A stretch of DNA of 32,000 nucleotides, taken from contig VRUK01000040.1 in assembly GCA_019456195.1 (NCBI GenBank), positions 1,835 through 33,834 on the forward strand, read 5' to 3'. Under the pieces are notes generated by a model. That model saw only the letters and a list, made by a program, of their open reading frames with translations, was not told the origin of the DNA and did not search any database. Below, in pieces: positions 1-9,270 of this stretch (positions are counted from its first letter, which is position 1; each line of letters starts with the position of its first letter). The translations under genes were made by a program, and so were the position numbers. This DNA is from Planctomycetota bacterium (GTDB lineage: Bacteria; Planctomycetota; Phycisphaerae; Sedimentisphaerales; Anaerobacaceae).

Positions 1-1
1 T

Positions 2-1048
2 AAAATGGTCTGTGAATTGTCAAAACCATTCATTCTTGTCTTTGAGGAAAAAATCAGCAATGTCGCCAAGCTTGTTCCGCTGCTTGAGAAAGTTGCAAAA
101 GCCAAGAAGCCTTTGTTGATAATTGCAGAAGATGTTGAAAGCGAAGCATTGGCAACTTTAGTTGTTAATAAGCTTAAAGGCGTACTTCAGGTTGCAGCAG
201 TCAAGGCACCAGGTTACGGCGACCGCAGAAAAGCAATGCTTCAGGACATAGCCGTACTGACAGGCGCCGAGCCTATTTACAAAGACTTAGGCATTGAGAT
301 GGAAAACATTGGCGTTAGCCAGCTCGGCCAGGCCAAAAAGGTAACCATTGATAACGATATTACAATCATAATTGAAGGTGCCGGCAGCCAGCAGGGCATT
401 AACGGCAGAATCAAACAGATCAAAGACGAAATAGAAATTACAACCAGTGAGTATGACCGTGAGAAGCTTCAGGAACGCTTAGCCAAACTTACCGGCGGCG
501 TGGCTCAAATCAATGTCGGTGCCGCAAGTGAAGCTGAAATGAAAGAAATAAAGGCCAGAATCGAAGATGCCCTGCACGCTACCAGAGCAGCTATCGAAGA
601 AGGTATCGTGCCGGGCGGAGGAGTAGCACTAATCCGCTGCATCGATACGGTAAAGAATATGAAACTTAAAGGTGACGAGAAAACCGGTGCCGATATTCTT
701 GCAAAGTCGCTTTCGATGCCCTGTCACTGTATCGCTTTTAACGCCGGGACAACTCCAAATCTCGTGGTCAACAAAGTTGCAGAAGGTAAAGGCGCTTTCG
801 GCTACAACGCAGATGCGGACAAATACGAAGACCTACTGAAAGCCGGCATACTTGATCCGGTCAAGGTTACTAGAATTGCTCTGCAAAACGCCGTGAGTAT
901 TGCCGGCCTGCTGCTGACTACGGATTGTCTCGTTACTGAAAAGCCCGGAGAAAAAGAACAAATGCCTCCTGGCGGACCCGGTGGCGGTGGCATGGGCGGT
1001 GGTATGGGCGGCATGGGTGGTATGGGTGGCATGGGCGGCATGATGTAA
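2..1048 (+). CDS. groEL: Chaperonin GroEL paralogue, 5'-truncated by the window edge (C-terminal ~348 aa)
   Basis: The frame is open to base 2. GroEL motifs are present: [53 protein letters not shown] and [16 protein letters not shown]. It ends in the classic Gly-Gly-Met tail ([20 protein letters not shown]). Confidence 0.95.
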   Translation, partial: KMVCELSKPFILVFEEKISNVAKLVPLLEKVAKAKKPLLIIAEDVESEALATLVVNKLKGVLQVAAVKAPGYGDRRKAMLQDIAVLTGAEPIYKDLGIEMENIGVSQLGQAKKVTIDNDITIIIEGAGSQQGINGRIKQIKDEIEITTSEYDREKLQERLAKLTGGVAQINVGAASEAEMKEIKARIEDALHATRAAIEEGIVPGGGVALIRCIDTVKNMKLKGDEKTGADILAKSLSMPCHCIAFNAGTTPNLVVNKVAEGKGAFGYNADADKYEDLLKAGILDPVKVTRIALQNAVSIAGLLLTTDCLVTEKPGEKEQMPPGGPGGGGMGGGMGGMGGMGGMGGMM

Positions 1049-1150
1049 GAAAGCAGCCGGAGTAGTTTTTTAAGAACTCCAAACATGTTTTGAGTATGTA
1101 GCCCAATGTAACTATGAAATGTAACACTCAAAAGAACAAAGAGGCAAAGA

Positions 1151-2587
1151 ATGGACGATAAGATAATCCAGCTTCGTAATTGCGGTAGTACCTGCAGGAG
1201 CAAGGTAAGCACAGCGATAATAATCGCGGCTCTATCTATGTTAGTGATTGCCGGCTGCCAGGAAGAAGGATCTAAGCCTTTTTTGGGTTTGTTCGGCCAG
1301 AAACGCCCTCTTAGCAAAGACGAACGAATGAAGTGGTGGCGGGATGCAAGATTCGGCATGTTTGTCCACTGGGGTCTTTACGCAGTCCCGGCTGGCCAGT
1401 GGAAGGGTAAGAAAATTCCGGGTATCGGCGAATGGATTATGGAAAGAGCTGATATACCAGTGGCGGAGTATGAACCTCTTGCCCAGCAGTTTAATCCGGT
1501 TAAGTTCAACGCCGATGAGTTTGTTGGAATCGCCAAAAATGCCGGTATGAAGTATATCGTTATCACGAGCAAGCACCACGACGGCTTTTGTCTGTGGGAT
1601 TCAGAGGTAACGGACTACGACATTATCGATGCTACGCCTTTCAAGCGTGATATACTCAAAGAGCTGTCAAAGGCATGCAGGAAACAGGGCATTAAGCTTT
1701 GCTTCTATCACTCGATAATGGACTGGCATCACCCGGACGCCCAGAGGCCTTTCTATCCAAACTATAATGACAGTAAAAAGTCGAATCCCAACTTTGCCAG
1801 ATATGTTGAAAACTATATGAAACCGCAGCTCAAAGAGCTGATAACCAAGTACGGTCCTCTCGGTGTTTTGTGGTTCGACGGTGAGTGGATAAATGACTGG
1901 ACTGAACCGCAGGGTAAGGACCTGTATAATTATGTTCAAGCCCTTCAGCCAAACATCCTGATAAACAACCGTGTAGGAAAAGGACGCCAAGGCATGGAAG
2001 GCCTGAGCAAAGGCGACCAGGAATACGCCGGTGATTTTGGTACCCCCGAACAGCAGATTCCGGCGACGGGCCTGCCGGGCGTTGACTGGGAATCCTGCAT
2101 GACAATGAATGCTACGTGGGGTTATAAATCCTACGACCACAACTGGAAATCGGCCGAAGATCTTTTACACAAACTGGCGGACATCGCCAGCAAAGGCGGC
2201 AATTTCCTTCTAAATGTGGGACCTACCGCAGAGGGTCTTATTCCTGATGCGAGTGTTGAGCGTCTGGCGGCTATAGGCAATTGGATGAAGGTAAACAGCG
2301 AAAGCATTTACGGGACGACGGCCAGCCCACTCGGCAAGTTACCGTGGGGACGATGCACCGCTAAACCCGGTAAGCTGTATCTTCACGTATTCGACTGGCC
2401 GACAAACCTCAGGCTGGAAGTGCCGGGACTGAAAAACCAGGTCAACAAAGCTTATCTTCTGTCTGATAAGAAACGCACTAAACTTTCTGTCAGACGTGAA
2501 CTTAAAGATAAAATTACAGTTAAAATTCCACGTGAGGCACCTGATGCTGTTAATACTGTCGTGGTGCTTGAAATCAAAGACAAATAA
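1151..2587 (+). CDS. Alpha-L-fucosidase, glycoside hydrolase family 29, probable lipoprotein
   Basis: GH29 signatures are WWRDARFGMFVHWGLYAVPAG and KYIVITSKHHDGFCLWDS. The N-terminal hydrophobic segment ends in a lipobox-like VIAGC. An AAGAGG Shine-Dalgarno sequence precedes the ATG. Confidence 0.9.
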   Translation: MDDKIIQLRNCGSTCRSKVSTAIIIAALSMLVIAGCQEEGSKPFLGLFGQKRPLSKDERMKWWRDARFGMFVHWGLYAVPAGQWKGKKIPGIGEWIMERADIPVAEYEPLAQQFNPVKFNADEFVGIAKNAGMKYIVITSKHHDGFCLWDSEVTDYDIIDATPFKRDILKELSKACRKQGIKLCFYHSIMDWHHPDAQRPFYPNYNDSKKSNPNFARYVENYMKPQLKELITKYGPLGVLWFDGEWINDWTEPQGKDLYNYVQALQPNILINNRVGKGRQGMEGLSKGDQEYAGDFGTPEQQIPATGLPGVDWESCMTMNATWGYKSYDHNWKSAEDLLHKLADIASKGGNFLLNVGPTAEGLIPDASVERLAAIGNWMKVNSESIYGTTASPLGKLPWGRCTAKPGKLYLHVFDWPTNLRLEVPGLKNQVNKAYLLSDKKRTKLSVRRELKDKITVKIPREAPDAVNTVVVLEIKDK

Positions 2588-2625
2588 GAAATTCAAAAAT
2601 AACCAAAACAAATAAGGAGTGAGTT

Positions 2626-2916
2626 ATGAAACTTAAACCCCTGGATGACAGAATTGTAATCAAACAATTAGAGGCTGAAGAAAAAACAACCGGCGGAATT
2701 ATTCTTCCGGACACAGCACAAGAAAAACCGCAAATCGGCACAGTAATAGAAACCGGACCGGGTAAACTGCTCGACAACGGCAAACGAGCCAAAATGTCCG
2801 TAAAGAAAAAAGACGAAGTTATTTACGCAAGATACGGTGGGAACGATGTCGAAATCGACGGAGAGAAATATGTGATTCTGCGGGAAAGTGACATTCACGG
2901 AATCGTTGAAAGATAA
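2626..2916 (+). CDS. groES: Co-chaperonin GroES
   Basis: 96 aa with MKLKPLDDRIVIK...EEKTTGGIILPDTAQEKPQIGTVIETGPG, typical of GroES. An AAGGAG RBS lies upstream. It sits 70 nt upstream of a full groEL. Confidence 0.95.
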   Translation: MKLKPLDDRIVIKQLEAEEKTTGGIILPDTAQEKPQIGTVIETGPGKLLDNGKRAKMSVKKKDEVIYARYGGNDVEIDGEKYVILRESDIHGIVER

Positions 2917-2986
2917 ATAATTAGTTCATAGTTCGCCGAGTATGAGCTAAAATGATAAGAAGATAATTGAAAAGAGGTAATTGAAA

Positions 2987-4600
2987 ATGGCAAAGCAATT
3001 AATGTTTGACGATACGGCACGAGCACAGCTCAAAGAGGGTCTGTCGCAATTAGCCGAAGCGGTAAAAATCACTCTCGGACCCACCGGCAAAAACGTTATT
3101 CTGCACAAAAGCTGGGGCTCTCCAAAAGTAACCAAGGACGGCGTTTCGGTCAGCAAAGAAATCGAGCTGCCAGATCCATTCCAGAATATGGGCGCAAAGA
3201 TGATCAATGAGGTCGCCAGCAAAACCTCCGATGTTGTCGGTGACGGAACGACAACCTCAACAGTATTGGCAGAGGCGATTTACACCGAGGGATTAAAGCA
3301 TGTTACGGTCGGTGCGAACCCGATGTCCATTAAGCGAGGCATCAGCAAGGCCACCGAAGTCGTGACCAAATACATCCAGGAAGTCAGCGTACCTGTAAAA
3401 GGCCACAGTGACATTGCCAAGGTCGCAACCATCAGCGCAAATAATAATCCTTCGGTAGGCGAAATTCTGGCCGACGCAATCGACAAGGTTGGCAGTGACG
3501 GAGTCATCGAGGTCGAAGAAGGCAAAGGAATGGAAAACGAGCTGGCCGTGGTCGAAGGTATGCAATTCGACAAAGGCTATATGTCGCCGTACTTCATGAC
3601 CAACGCCGATACCCTCGAAGCTGTTATCGAAGATGCTTATATCCTTCTGCACGAAAAGAAGATATCGAGCGTTCGCGAGCTTATTCCTCTTCTGGAAAAG
3701 GTCGCACAAGTGGGCAGGCCATTGCTGATTCTTGCAGAAGACGTAGAAGGCGAGGCTTTAGCGGCATTAGTTATTAATCGTCTGCAAGGCGTTCTGAAGG
3801 TCTGTGCGGTCAAAGCACCTGGCTTCGGTGACCGCAGAAAAGCGATGCTGGCTGATATAGGAATCTCGACCGGCGGACAGGTAATTACTGAAGATTTGGG
3901 CATTAAGCTCGAAAGCATTGAGCTTTCACAACTTGGCCAGGCCAAAAAAATCGTTGTGAATAAGGACAATACAACAATAATCGAAGGTGCAGGCAAAAAG
4001 AAAGACATTAAAAGCCGCTGCGAACAAATCCGCAATCAGATTATAGCCACAACCAGCGACTACGACCGTGAAAAATTGCAGGAACGCTTAGCTAAGCTGA
4101 CCGGCGGAGTAGCCGTTATTAAAGCCGGCGCCGCAACGGAAACGGAAATGAAGGAACGCAAAGACCTTCTGGACGATGCGCTTCACGCTACAAGAGCTGC
4201 GGCCGGAGAAGGTGTTGTTGCAGGCGGCGGAGTAGTGTTCCTGCGTGCCATCGCTGAAGTAGAAAAGGCCAGAGCAAAAGCAAAAGGCGAGGAAAAAATC
4301 GGCTTCGACATTGTTGCCAGCGCACTCAAGGCACCAACAACACAAATTGTTGACAATGGCGGTGAACAAGGTGACGTGGTCGTCGCTCAACTTCTGGAAC
4401 AAGGCAAAAACATTGGTTATAATGCCAATACAGGCAAATTCGTCGATATGTTCAAAGCGGGAATTATCGACCCGGCAAAAGTTGCCAGGACCGCATTGGA
4501 AATGGCTGCTTCAGTGGCCGGGCTTATGCTTACAACCAATGTGTTAGTAACAGAGCTGAAGGACGAGGACGAAGAGTCAATACCAGGATCAGTAAGATAA
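2987..4600 (+). CDS. groEL: Chaperonin GroEL paralogue (full length) with an acidic, non-GGM C-terminus
   Basis: Begins [19 protein letters not shown]. GroEL motifs include [32 protein letters not shown] and [16 protein letters not shown] chose the ATG at 2987 (AAGAGG RBS ~10 nt upstream) over the track's TTG at 2981. The tail is [15 protein letters not shown]. Confidence 0.96.
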   Translation: MAKQLMFDDTARAQLKEGLSQLAEAVKITLGPTGKNVILHKSWGSPKVTKDGVSVSKEIELPDPFQNMGAKMINEVASKTSDVVGDGTTTSTVLAEAIYTEGLKHVTVGANPMSIKRGISKATEVVTKYIQEVSVPVKGHSDIAKVATISANNNPSVGEILADAIDKVGSDGVIEVEEGKGMENELAVVEGMQFDKGYMSPYFMTNADTLEAVIEDAYILLHEKKISSVRELIPLLEKVAQVGRPLLILAEDVEGEALAALVINRLQGVLKVCAVKAPGFGDRRKAMLADIGISTGGQVITEDLGIKLESIELSQLGQAKKIVVNKDNTTIIEGAGKKKDIKSRCEQIRNQIIATTSDYDREKLQERLAKLTGGVAVIKAGAATETEMKERKDLLDDALHATRAAAGEGVVAGGGVVFLRAIAEVEKARAKAKGEEKIGFDIVASALKAPTTQIVDNGGEQGDVVVAQLLEQGKNIGYNANTGKFVDMFKAGIIDPAKVARTALEMAASVAGLMLTTNVLVTELKDEDEESIPGSVR

Positions 4601-4654
4601 AACTTCGTGAACCGAGACAAGAGTGACAGACGACAAGTCACGAATTATGAGATT

Positions 4655-5785
4655 ATGGCCAAACGGGATTATTATGAAGTTTTAGGTGTAGGTAAGAATG
4701 CTTCCGCCGACGATATTAAACGCTCATACCGGCGTATGGCGATGAAGTATCATCCGGACAAAAACCCGGGTGATAAAGAGGCCGAGGCCAAATTCAAAGA
4801 ATGCGCCGAGGCCTATGAGGTACTGAGCGATACCGAGAAGCGGCAGCGTTATGACCAGTTCGGACACGAAGGTCTTCGAGGGTCGGGAATGCATGACTTC
4901 TCGCGGATGAACGTCGAAGATATCTTCAGCATGTTCGGCTTCGACGATTTCTTCAGCGGCATCTTCGGTGGGCACAGAAGGTCAAGCCGGCGGGCAGGAC
5001 CTACACGCGGTTATGACCTGGAGACCACCGTGGAACTGACGCTCAATGACATCGCTAAAGGTGCTGAAAAGAGTATCGAATTTACTCGACAGGACTCATG
5101 CGGCGAATGCAAAGGCAGCGGAAGTAATAAAGGAAGCAAGCCCGGACGATGTCCGACCTGCAATGGCAGCGGTCAGGTCGCGAGGGGCGGCGGTTTTTTT
5201 CAGATGGTCTCAACATGCCGACAGTGCGGCGGTAGCGGACAGGTCATTACCAATCCGTGCAAAAAATGCAAAGGCACGGGCAGAGTGCCTAAGAAGCGAA
5301 TCGTCAATATCAAAATCCCCGCCGGGGTGCACGAAGGTCAGGGTATAAGAGTAGCAAGCGAAGGTGAACCCGGCCGAGAAGGTGGACCAAGGGGCGACCT
5401 GTATTGCTATGTCAGAATTAAACCTCACAAATTTCTGAAGCGTGAAGGAAGTGACCTGATTGCAGTTGTGCCAATAAGCTTTACACAGGCTGCTTTAGGG
5501 ACAATGGTTGACGTTCCAAGCCTGAACGGCACACAAGGTTTGAAAATTCCGCCCGGGACACAATATGGAAGCGTCTTTAGAATTAAAGGACAGGGCCTGC
5601 CGGACCTAAGGACACGACGGACCGGTGACGAACTCGTGCAAATTACTATCGAAACACCAGTGAAACTAAACGCAAAACAAGAAGAGCTGCTGAGAGAATT
5701 CGCCAAAAGTCAAAACAAAAGTGTTTCTCCGCAATCCACACGCTTTTTCGAGAAACTGAAAAAACATTTTGGTAACCCCAAATGA
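4655..5785 (+). CDS. dnaJ: Molecular chaperone DnaJ (type I, J domain plus G/F region plus 4x CxxCxGxG zinc finger)
   Basis: [12 protein letters not shown]...YHPDKNP is the J domain with its HPD motif. The zinc-finger repeats are [24 protein letters not shown] and CKKCKGTG. I preferred the ATG at 4655 to the track's GTG at 4607, which would add 16 non-conserved residues. Confidence 0.95.
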   Translation: MAKRDYYEVLGVGKNASADDIKRSYRRMAMKYHPDKNPGDKEAEAKFKECAEAYEVLSDTEKRQRYDQFGHEGLRGSGMHDFSRMNVEDIFSMFGFDDFFSGIFGGHRRSSRRAGPTRGYDLETTVELTLNDIAKGAEKSIEFTRQDSCGECKGSGSNKGSKPGRCPTCNGSGQVARGGGFFQMVSTCRQCGGSGQVITNPCKKCKGTGRVPKKRIVNIKIPAGVHEGQGIRVASEGEPGREGGPRGDLYCYVRIKPHKFLKREGSDLIAVVPISFTQAALGTMVDVPSLNGTQGLKIPPGTQYGSVFRIKGQGLPDLRTRRTGDELVQITIETPVKLNAKQEELLREFAKSQNKSVSPQSTRFFEKLKKHFGNPK

Positions 5786-6384
5786 AACCGAAGAAAAAAG
5801 AAAAACCAAAAAGCGAAGATTCGCAGAAATCAAAGAACGAGTTGGAAGAGCTTCGCCAGACTTTAGAAAGTCTTCAAAAAGAAAAAGACGAGCTTTTCGG
5901 AAAGCTTCAGCGAGTCAGCGCTGACTATGCAAACTTCCAGAAACGAGTCCCAAAACAAATAGCCGATACCATTTGCTACGAAAAAGAAAAGATAATCAAG
6001 TCCCTGCTGCCTGCTCTGGATAACTTCGAACATACACTGCAAAATGCAAACTCGGCGGAGAATGTGAATGTATTTGTCAAAGGTATTCAGATTATCCACG
6101 ACCAGATGCTCGATATCTTTAAATCGCATGGTATCGAGCAAATAAAGTCGCCGGGCGAAATATTCAATCCGGCCATGCACGAAGCAATGATGCAAAAGGC
6201 CGAGCCCGAGAAGGAAGATAATATTGTCCTTGAAGAGTTCCAAAAGGGATACAAACTCAACGGCCGGGTTATTCGGCCAAGTAAAGTGATTGTCAACAAG
6301 CTGACAACGGAACAACCCGACCAACAAAAAGCAATCCCGGAAGAGCCCACAGCCGACGAGTGCGAAATGGAAGCGGAGGAGTAA
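5782..6384 (+). CDS. grpE: Nucleotide exchange factor GrpE
   Basis: A Lys/Glu-rich N-terminus is followed by [18 protein letters not shown] and [12 protein letters not shown], both GrpE hallmarks. A 4-nt ATGA overlap with the dnaJ stop suggests translational coupling. Confidence 0.9.
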   Translation: MKPKKKEKPKSEDSQKSKNELEELRQTLESLQKEKDELFGKLQRVSADYANFQKRVPKQIADTICYEKEKIIKSLLPALDNFEHTLQNANSAENVNVFVKGIQIIHDQMLDIFKSHGIEQIKSPGEIFNPAMHEAMMQKAEPEKEDNIVLEEFQKGYKLNGRVIRPSKVIVNKLTTEQPDQQKAIPEEPTADECEMEAEE

Positions 6385-6389
6385 TTGCG

Positions 6390-6731
6390 ATGCCGACTTA
6401 CGATTATATATGCCAGAGCTGTGGATACGGATTTGAGAAGTTTCAGAGTATAACGGCCAATTCTCTGCGCACGTGCCCAAAGTGCGGAAAAAGAAAATTG
6501 AAAAGGCTTATCGGCGCCGGGGCGGGAGTAATCTTCAAAGGCTCCGGATTCTATCAGACCGATTACAGAAGCGAAGGTTACAAAAAAGACAAGGAAAGCG
6601 AGAAAAAGACTACCGACAAGGGCACCGGGAAAAAAGAAACCGAAACTAAAACCACCGAAACCAAAACCAAAGATTCAAAACCCGAAAAGAAAAGCAAATC
6701 CGACACAAAAGACAATAAGAAATCAACGTAG
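6390..6731 (+). CDS. FmdB/CxxC_CxxC_SSSS-family zinc-ribbon protein with a long Lys/Thr/Glu-rich tail
   Basis: MPTYDYICQSCGYGFEKFQSI...CPKCG...LKRLIGAGAGVIFKGSGFYQTDY matches the FmdB-type zinc ribbon. A GGAGGA RBS lies at 6375-6380. The start is 5 nt after the grpE stop. I preferred the ATG at 6390 to the track start at 6360. Confidence 0.75.
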   Translation: MPTYDYICQSCGYGFEKFQSITANSLRTCPKCGKRKLKRLIGAGAGVIFKGSGFYQTDYRSEGYKKDKESEKKTTDKGTGKKETETKTTETKTKDSKPEKKSKSDTKDNKKST

Positions 6732-6822
6732 CACACAGCCATCATCTGTCCTAATCTGTAGTAGCCACTACTTCACCTGACAAATAACATTATTTTGCTC
6801 GATTGTTGGTCTGTAAAAGTGC

Positions 6823-7362
6823 CTATTTTATCAGCTTGGCGATTTGTTTGAATTGGGGGTGTTCGGCGGTCTGTAGCAACTCAAATAAAGCCATCTCGGT
6901 ACAACTTATGTTTATTCCTTTAGCAGCCATTCTGTTTATCGCAATCTGTTTGTTCTCCAGTGTTCTCGAAGAGACTGCGTCCGCAACAACATCCACACTA
7001 AAACCTTTGGCAAGCAAATCAGCCGCTGTTTGATAAATGCAAACGTGTGTTTCTATGCCGCATAAAAGAACCTGCTGTCGTGCTGACTCATTCAACTTAA
7101 TGTTGAACTGTTCGGCACCGCAGCAACTGAAAGCTGACTTGTCTATTGGCTCGTTGTCTGTCAGAAGCTGTGCTATTTCAGGTATCGTCGGGCCAAGGGC
7201 ATCGGGGCATTGCTGGCACCAGAGGATTGGGATATTGAGGATTTTAGCAGTTTTGATGAGGATTTGAATGTTTTTGAATAGAACCTGCTTGTCATACATT
7301 AACCGGGCGAGCTTGCCCTGAACGTCAACAACAACCAGGCAGCAGTTCTGTATATCAAGCAT
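6823..7362 (-). CDS. Isochorismatase-family cysteine hydrolase
   Basis: 179 aa. It has CLVVVDVQGKL (catalytic Asp region), a DKSAFS segment and LLCGIETHVCIYQTAADL (nucleophile Cys region), typical of the isochorismatase/nicotinamidase fold. Confidence 0.85.
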   Translation of the reverse strand: MLDIQNCCLVVVDVQGKLARLMYDKQVLFKNIQILIKTAKILNIPILWCQQCPDALGPTIPEIAQLLTDNEPIDKSAFSCCGAEQFNIKLNESARQQVLLCGIETHVCIYQTAADLLAKGFSVDVVADAVSSRTLENKQIAINRMAAKGINISCTEMALFELLQTAEHPQFKQIAKLIK

Positions 7363-7415
7363 TCCTTTGTTCTCTTGAGTGCAGGTTCAATGAAGTTATC
7401 AAAATACCCAATCCC

Positions 7416-8402
7416 TTATTTACTGTCCGTAACTGTAATTGTCAGGTGTATGTTCTTGACCGCCTCGGCTCCGGAGGCTACCGTTGTTGTCGTTTTGTGG
7501 TTCCAGGTCAAGACCGGCATGGGCGGGGTCATCAAATCCAATGAAGTATCGATAGCAGTTAGAATCTCTCTGCCGGGTAAATATTCGGATATATTGTTGA
7601 GAACTGCAAAATCCCTCGCCACTTCGATACGCCTTGCAGAATCATCCTGGTTGACTATACCGGCAATCTGCTCAGCAGTAACCGCTTCAACAACGACTTT
7701 CCGGCCAAAAACTTCTGTGCCAACAAACAGCGTGGCCGAATCCAGCTTGTCCCAAATATCATCCAACCGGGCTAATAGTAAATTAAAACTTTCGCTGCTG
7801 CAAATAAGCGAGTGTGGTTCCCTGATCTCACTTTGTTCGGATGCAATCCACTCATCTGAAGGGATATTTTCTTCAATCGCCCTGTTAATAAATCCTACAA
7901 CAGCAGGCAGGGTATTTGTCTGCAATTCAAGCCTGCCGCTAAACGGTGCGGCAACTACTGTCACCGGTGCCGGCTCTGCTAAATCAATTGTCGCAGGCAT
8001 ACTTCTACGTTCGTCAGCAATCGGCCCCTGAGGAACAGTGGGAGCTACAATAGAATAAACAACCGCTGCCAAAACGGCAACCAGGCCAAACATAGCGGCG
8101 GCAGCGAAAACCTTGCGACCGAGCAAATGCCTTGCCCCAATCTGCTCATCAAAAGCCGAGGGCTCTTCACCCAGCAGGGTTCTTCTGGCCAGAGAAGCTT
8201 TTACATTTTCCAATATCTGTGGCGGAGCCTCGGCAACAGGCAGAGAACTCAGCAACGTCTTACATTGTTGAAGCTGCTGCAGCCGTTGTGCGATTTTCTC
8301 TTCGTGAGCAACCAACCGTTGAACTTCGGTGTGCTGCCTGGGTGCCAGTTCTCCATCAATAAAGCTATTGAGCAATTCGTCCATATTCGGAATTTCTTTC
8401 AT
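7416..8402 (-). CDS. Single-pass membrane anti-sigma factor (no zinc ligands in the N-terminal anti-sigma domain)
   Basis: The N-terminal LLNSFIDGELAPRQHTEVQRLVAHEEKIAQRL is an anti-sigma-domain-like helix pair. One TM helix is present (VFAAAAMFGLVAVLAAVVYSIV), followed by a ~200-aa extracytoplasmic domain. A 4-nt overlap links it to the upstream ECF sigma gene. Confidence 0.7.
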   Translation of the reverse strand: MKEIPNMDELLNSFIDGELAPRQHTEVQRLVAHEEKIAQRLQQLQQCKTLLSSLPVAEAPPQILENVKASLARRTLLGEEPSAFDEQIGARHLLGRKVFAAAAMFGLVAVLAAVVYSIVAPTVPQGPIADERRSMPATIDLAEPAPVTVVAAPFSGRLELQTNTLPAVVGFINRAIEENIPSDEWIASEQSEIREPHSLICSSESFNLLLARLDDIWDKLDSATLFVGTEVFGRKVVVEAVTAEQIAGIVNQDDSARRIEVARDFAVLNNISEYLPGREILTAIDTSLDLMTPPMPVLTWNHKTTTTVASGAEAVKNIHLTITVTDSK

Positions 8403-9019
8403 TGCAAAATGGCCTCCAAAATCTGTCTAAGCTTTTTCCTGCCTCTACTTAATCTGCTTCGGACCGTTCCTAACTCAATATCCAACACATTTGCAATCTG
8501 GTTATAATTCATACCTTCAATATCCCGCAGTACAACTACGGCTCTTTGTGCATCATCTAATTTCTTCAAAGACTCAACAAGAATTTGACACAACTCTTTG
8601 TCCTGAGCAACCACCGCAGGATCGAGTGAGCTATCATCACTTAACAACTCCTTCAAGACATTGCCTGGTTGGCTATTGTATCGAATCTGCTCTGCATCCA
8701 GCGAACTAAACCCAATCCTGGCATTCCTCCGGCAGTAATTCAAGGTTAAGTTTACGGCTATTCTAAACGCCCACGTATAAAAACTGCTTCTGCCCTGGAA
8801 ATTTTCTATGTTCTCTATTATTTTGACAAACGTGTCCTGTGTTAGTTCCGCTGCATCATCGGGATCGGCACATATTTTTAATATTACGTTATATATGCGA
8901 TTCTGATACTTCAGAATAAGCCGCTCTATTGCCGCAGAATCGCCCTGCCAGCATTGCCTAACCAAAACAGCGTCATCAATATTGATATTCGCCACTTCTG
9001 TCACCGGTATTTCCCTCAT
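8399..9019 (-). CDS. ECF-type RNA polymerase sigma-70 family factor
   Basis: Region 2 is YQNRIYNVILKICADPDDAAELTQDTFVKIIENIENFQGRSSFYTWAFRIAVNLTLNY. Region 4 is RAVVVLRDIEGMNYNQIANVLDIELGTVRSRLSRGRKKL. Confidence 0.9.
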   Translation of the reverse strand: MREIPVTEVANINIDDAVLVRQCWQGDSAAIERLILKYQNRIYNVILKICADPDDAAELTQDTFVKIIENIENFQGRSSFYTWAFRIAVNLTLNYCRRNARIGFSSLDAEQIRYNSQPGNVLKELLSDDSSLDPAVVAQDKELCQILVESLKKLDDAQRAVVVLRDIEGMNYNQIANVLDIELGTVRSRLSRGRKKLRQILEAILQ

Positions 9020-9180
9020 TTAGACAAATATTGCCCCAAATAGTTCCAATATAAACACAACAAAATGAGGCTAAATCACAGTATATGATCGCAGATTCAG
9101 ACTTATTGGTCAATCTAATTTAATTAGAAGTACAAATTGAGCAAAACGTGAAATGCATCGCAAACAAAACTCGGTATGTG

Positions 9181-9218
9181 AGAAAATAACAGGGCCTATA
9201 CCGTATTGGTATAGGCCC
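9181..9218 (-). terminator. Rho-independent terminator of LamG paralogue 1
   Basis: An 11-bp perfect stem (GGGCCTATACC / GGTATAGGCCC) with a 5-nt loop spans 9192-9218, 53 nt past the stop codon. On the minus strand it is followed by TGTTATTTTCT. Confidence 0.6.
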
Positions 9219-9270
9219 CGTATTGATACGAATCACCATATTAACAAGTTAATTAATTTTAACCTGCCAC

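Noticed and set aside
1049-1150. A possible CIRCE/HrcA operator or terminator between groEL-1 and the fucosidase gene (TGAGT...ACTCA flanking two AATGTAAC repeats at 1105-1112 and 1118-1125; a GGAGT...ACTCC hairpin at ~1061-1082)
   Set aside because: It does not match the CIRCE consensus TTAGCACTC-N9-GAGTGCTAA. The hairpin is weak (5 bp, large loop, no U-tract). The repeats are too short to exclude chance. No CIRCE is present at 2588-2625 upstream of groES either.
802-1359. A 185-aa minus-strand ORF (Pro-rich, MPPMPPIPP...) overlapping the groEL 3' end, together with the 933-1127 ORF
   Set aside because: It is the antisense translation of the GGM-repeat codons and has no RBS. It is a shadow ORF of a confidently identified gene.
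5863-6480. A 205-aa minus-strand ORF antisense to grpE
   Set aside because: It lies entirely within or opposite the well-supported grpE and zinc-ribbon genes. Its composition is typical of antisense frames and I recognise no motif.
7375-8031. A 218-aa plus-strand ORF (Ser/Ala/Thr-rich) opposite the anti-sigma gene; similar long antisense ORFs occur at 10051-10602, 12699-13247, 14770-15174, 17359-17880 and 26848-27276
   Set aside because: All are shadow ORFs on the strand opposite strongly supported genes. They show low-complexity or atypical composition and have no RBS.
9021-9047. An ECF-type promoter look-alike, GGAAC-N17-GTCTA, on the minus strand upstream of the ECF sigma gene (possible autoregulation)
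   Set aside because: The -10-like GTCTA directly abuts the annotated ATG (9019). The predicted transcription start would therefore fall inside the coding region, and there is no alternative downstream start codon.
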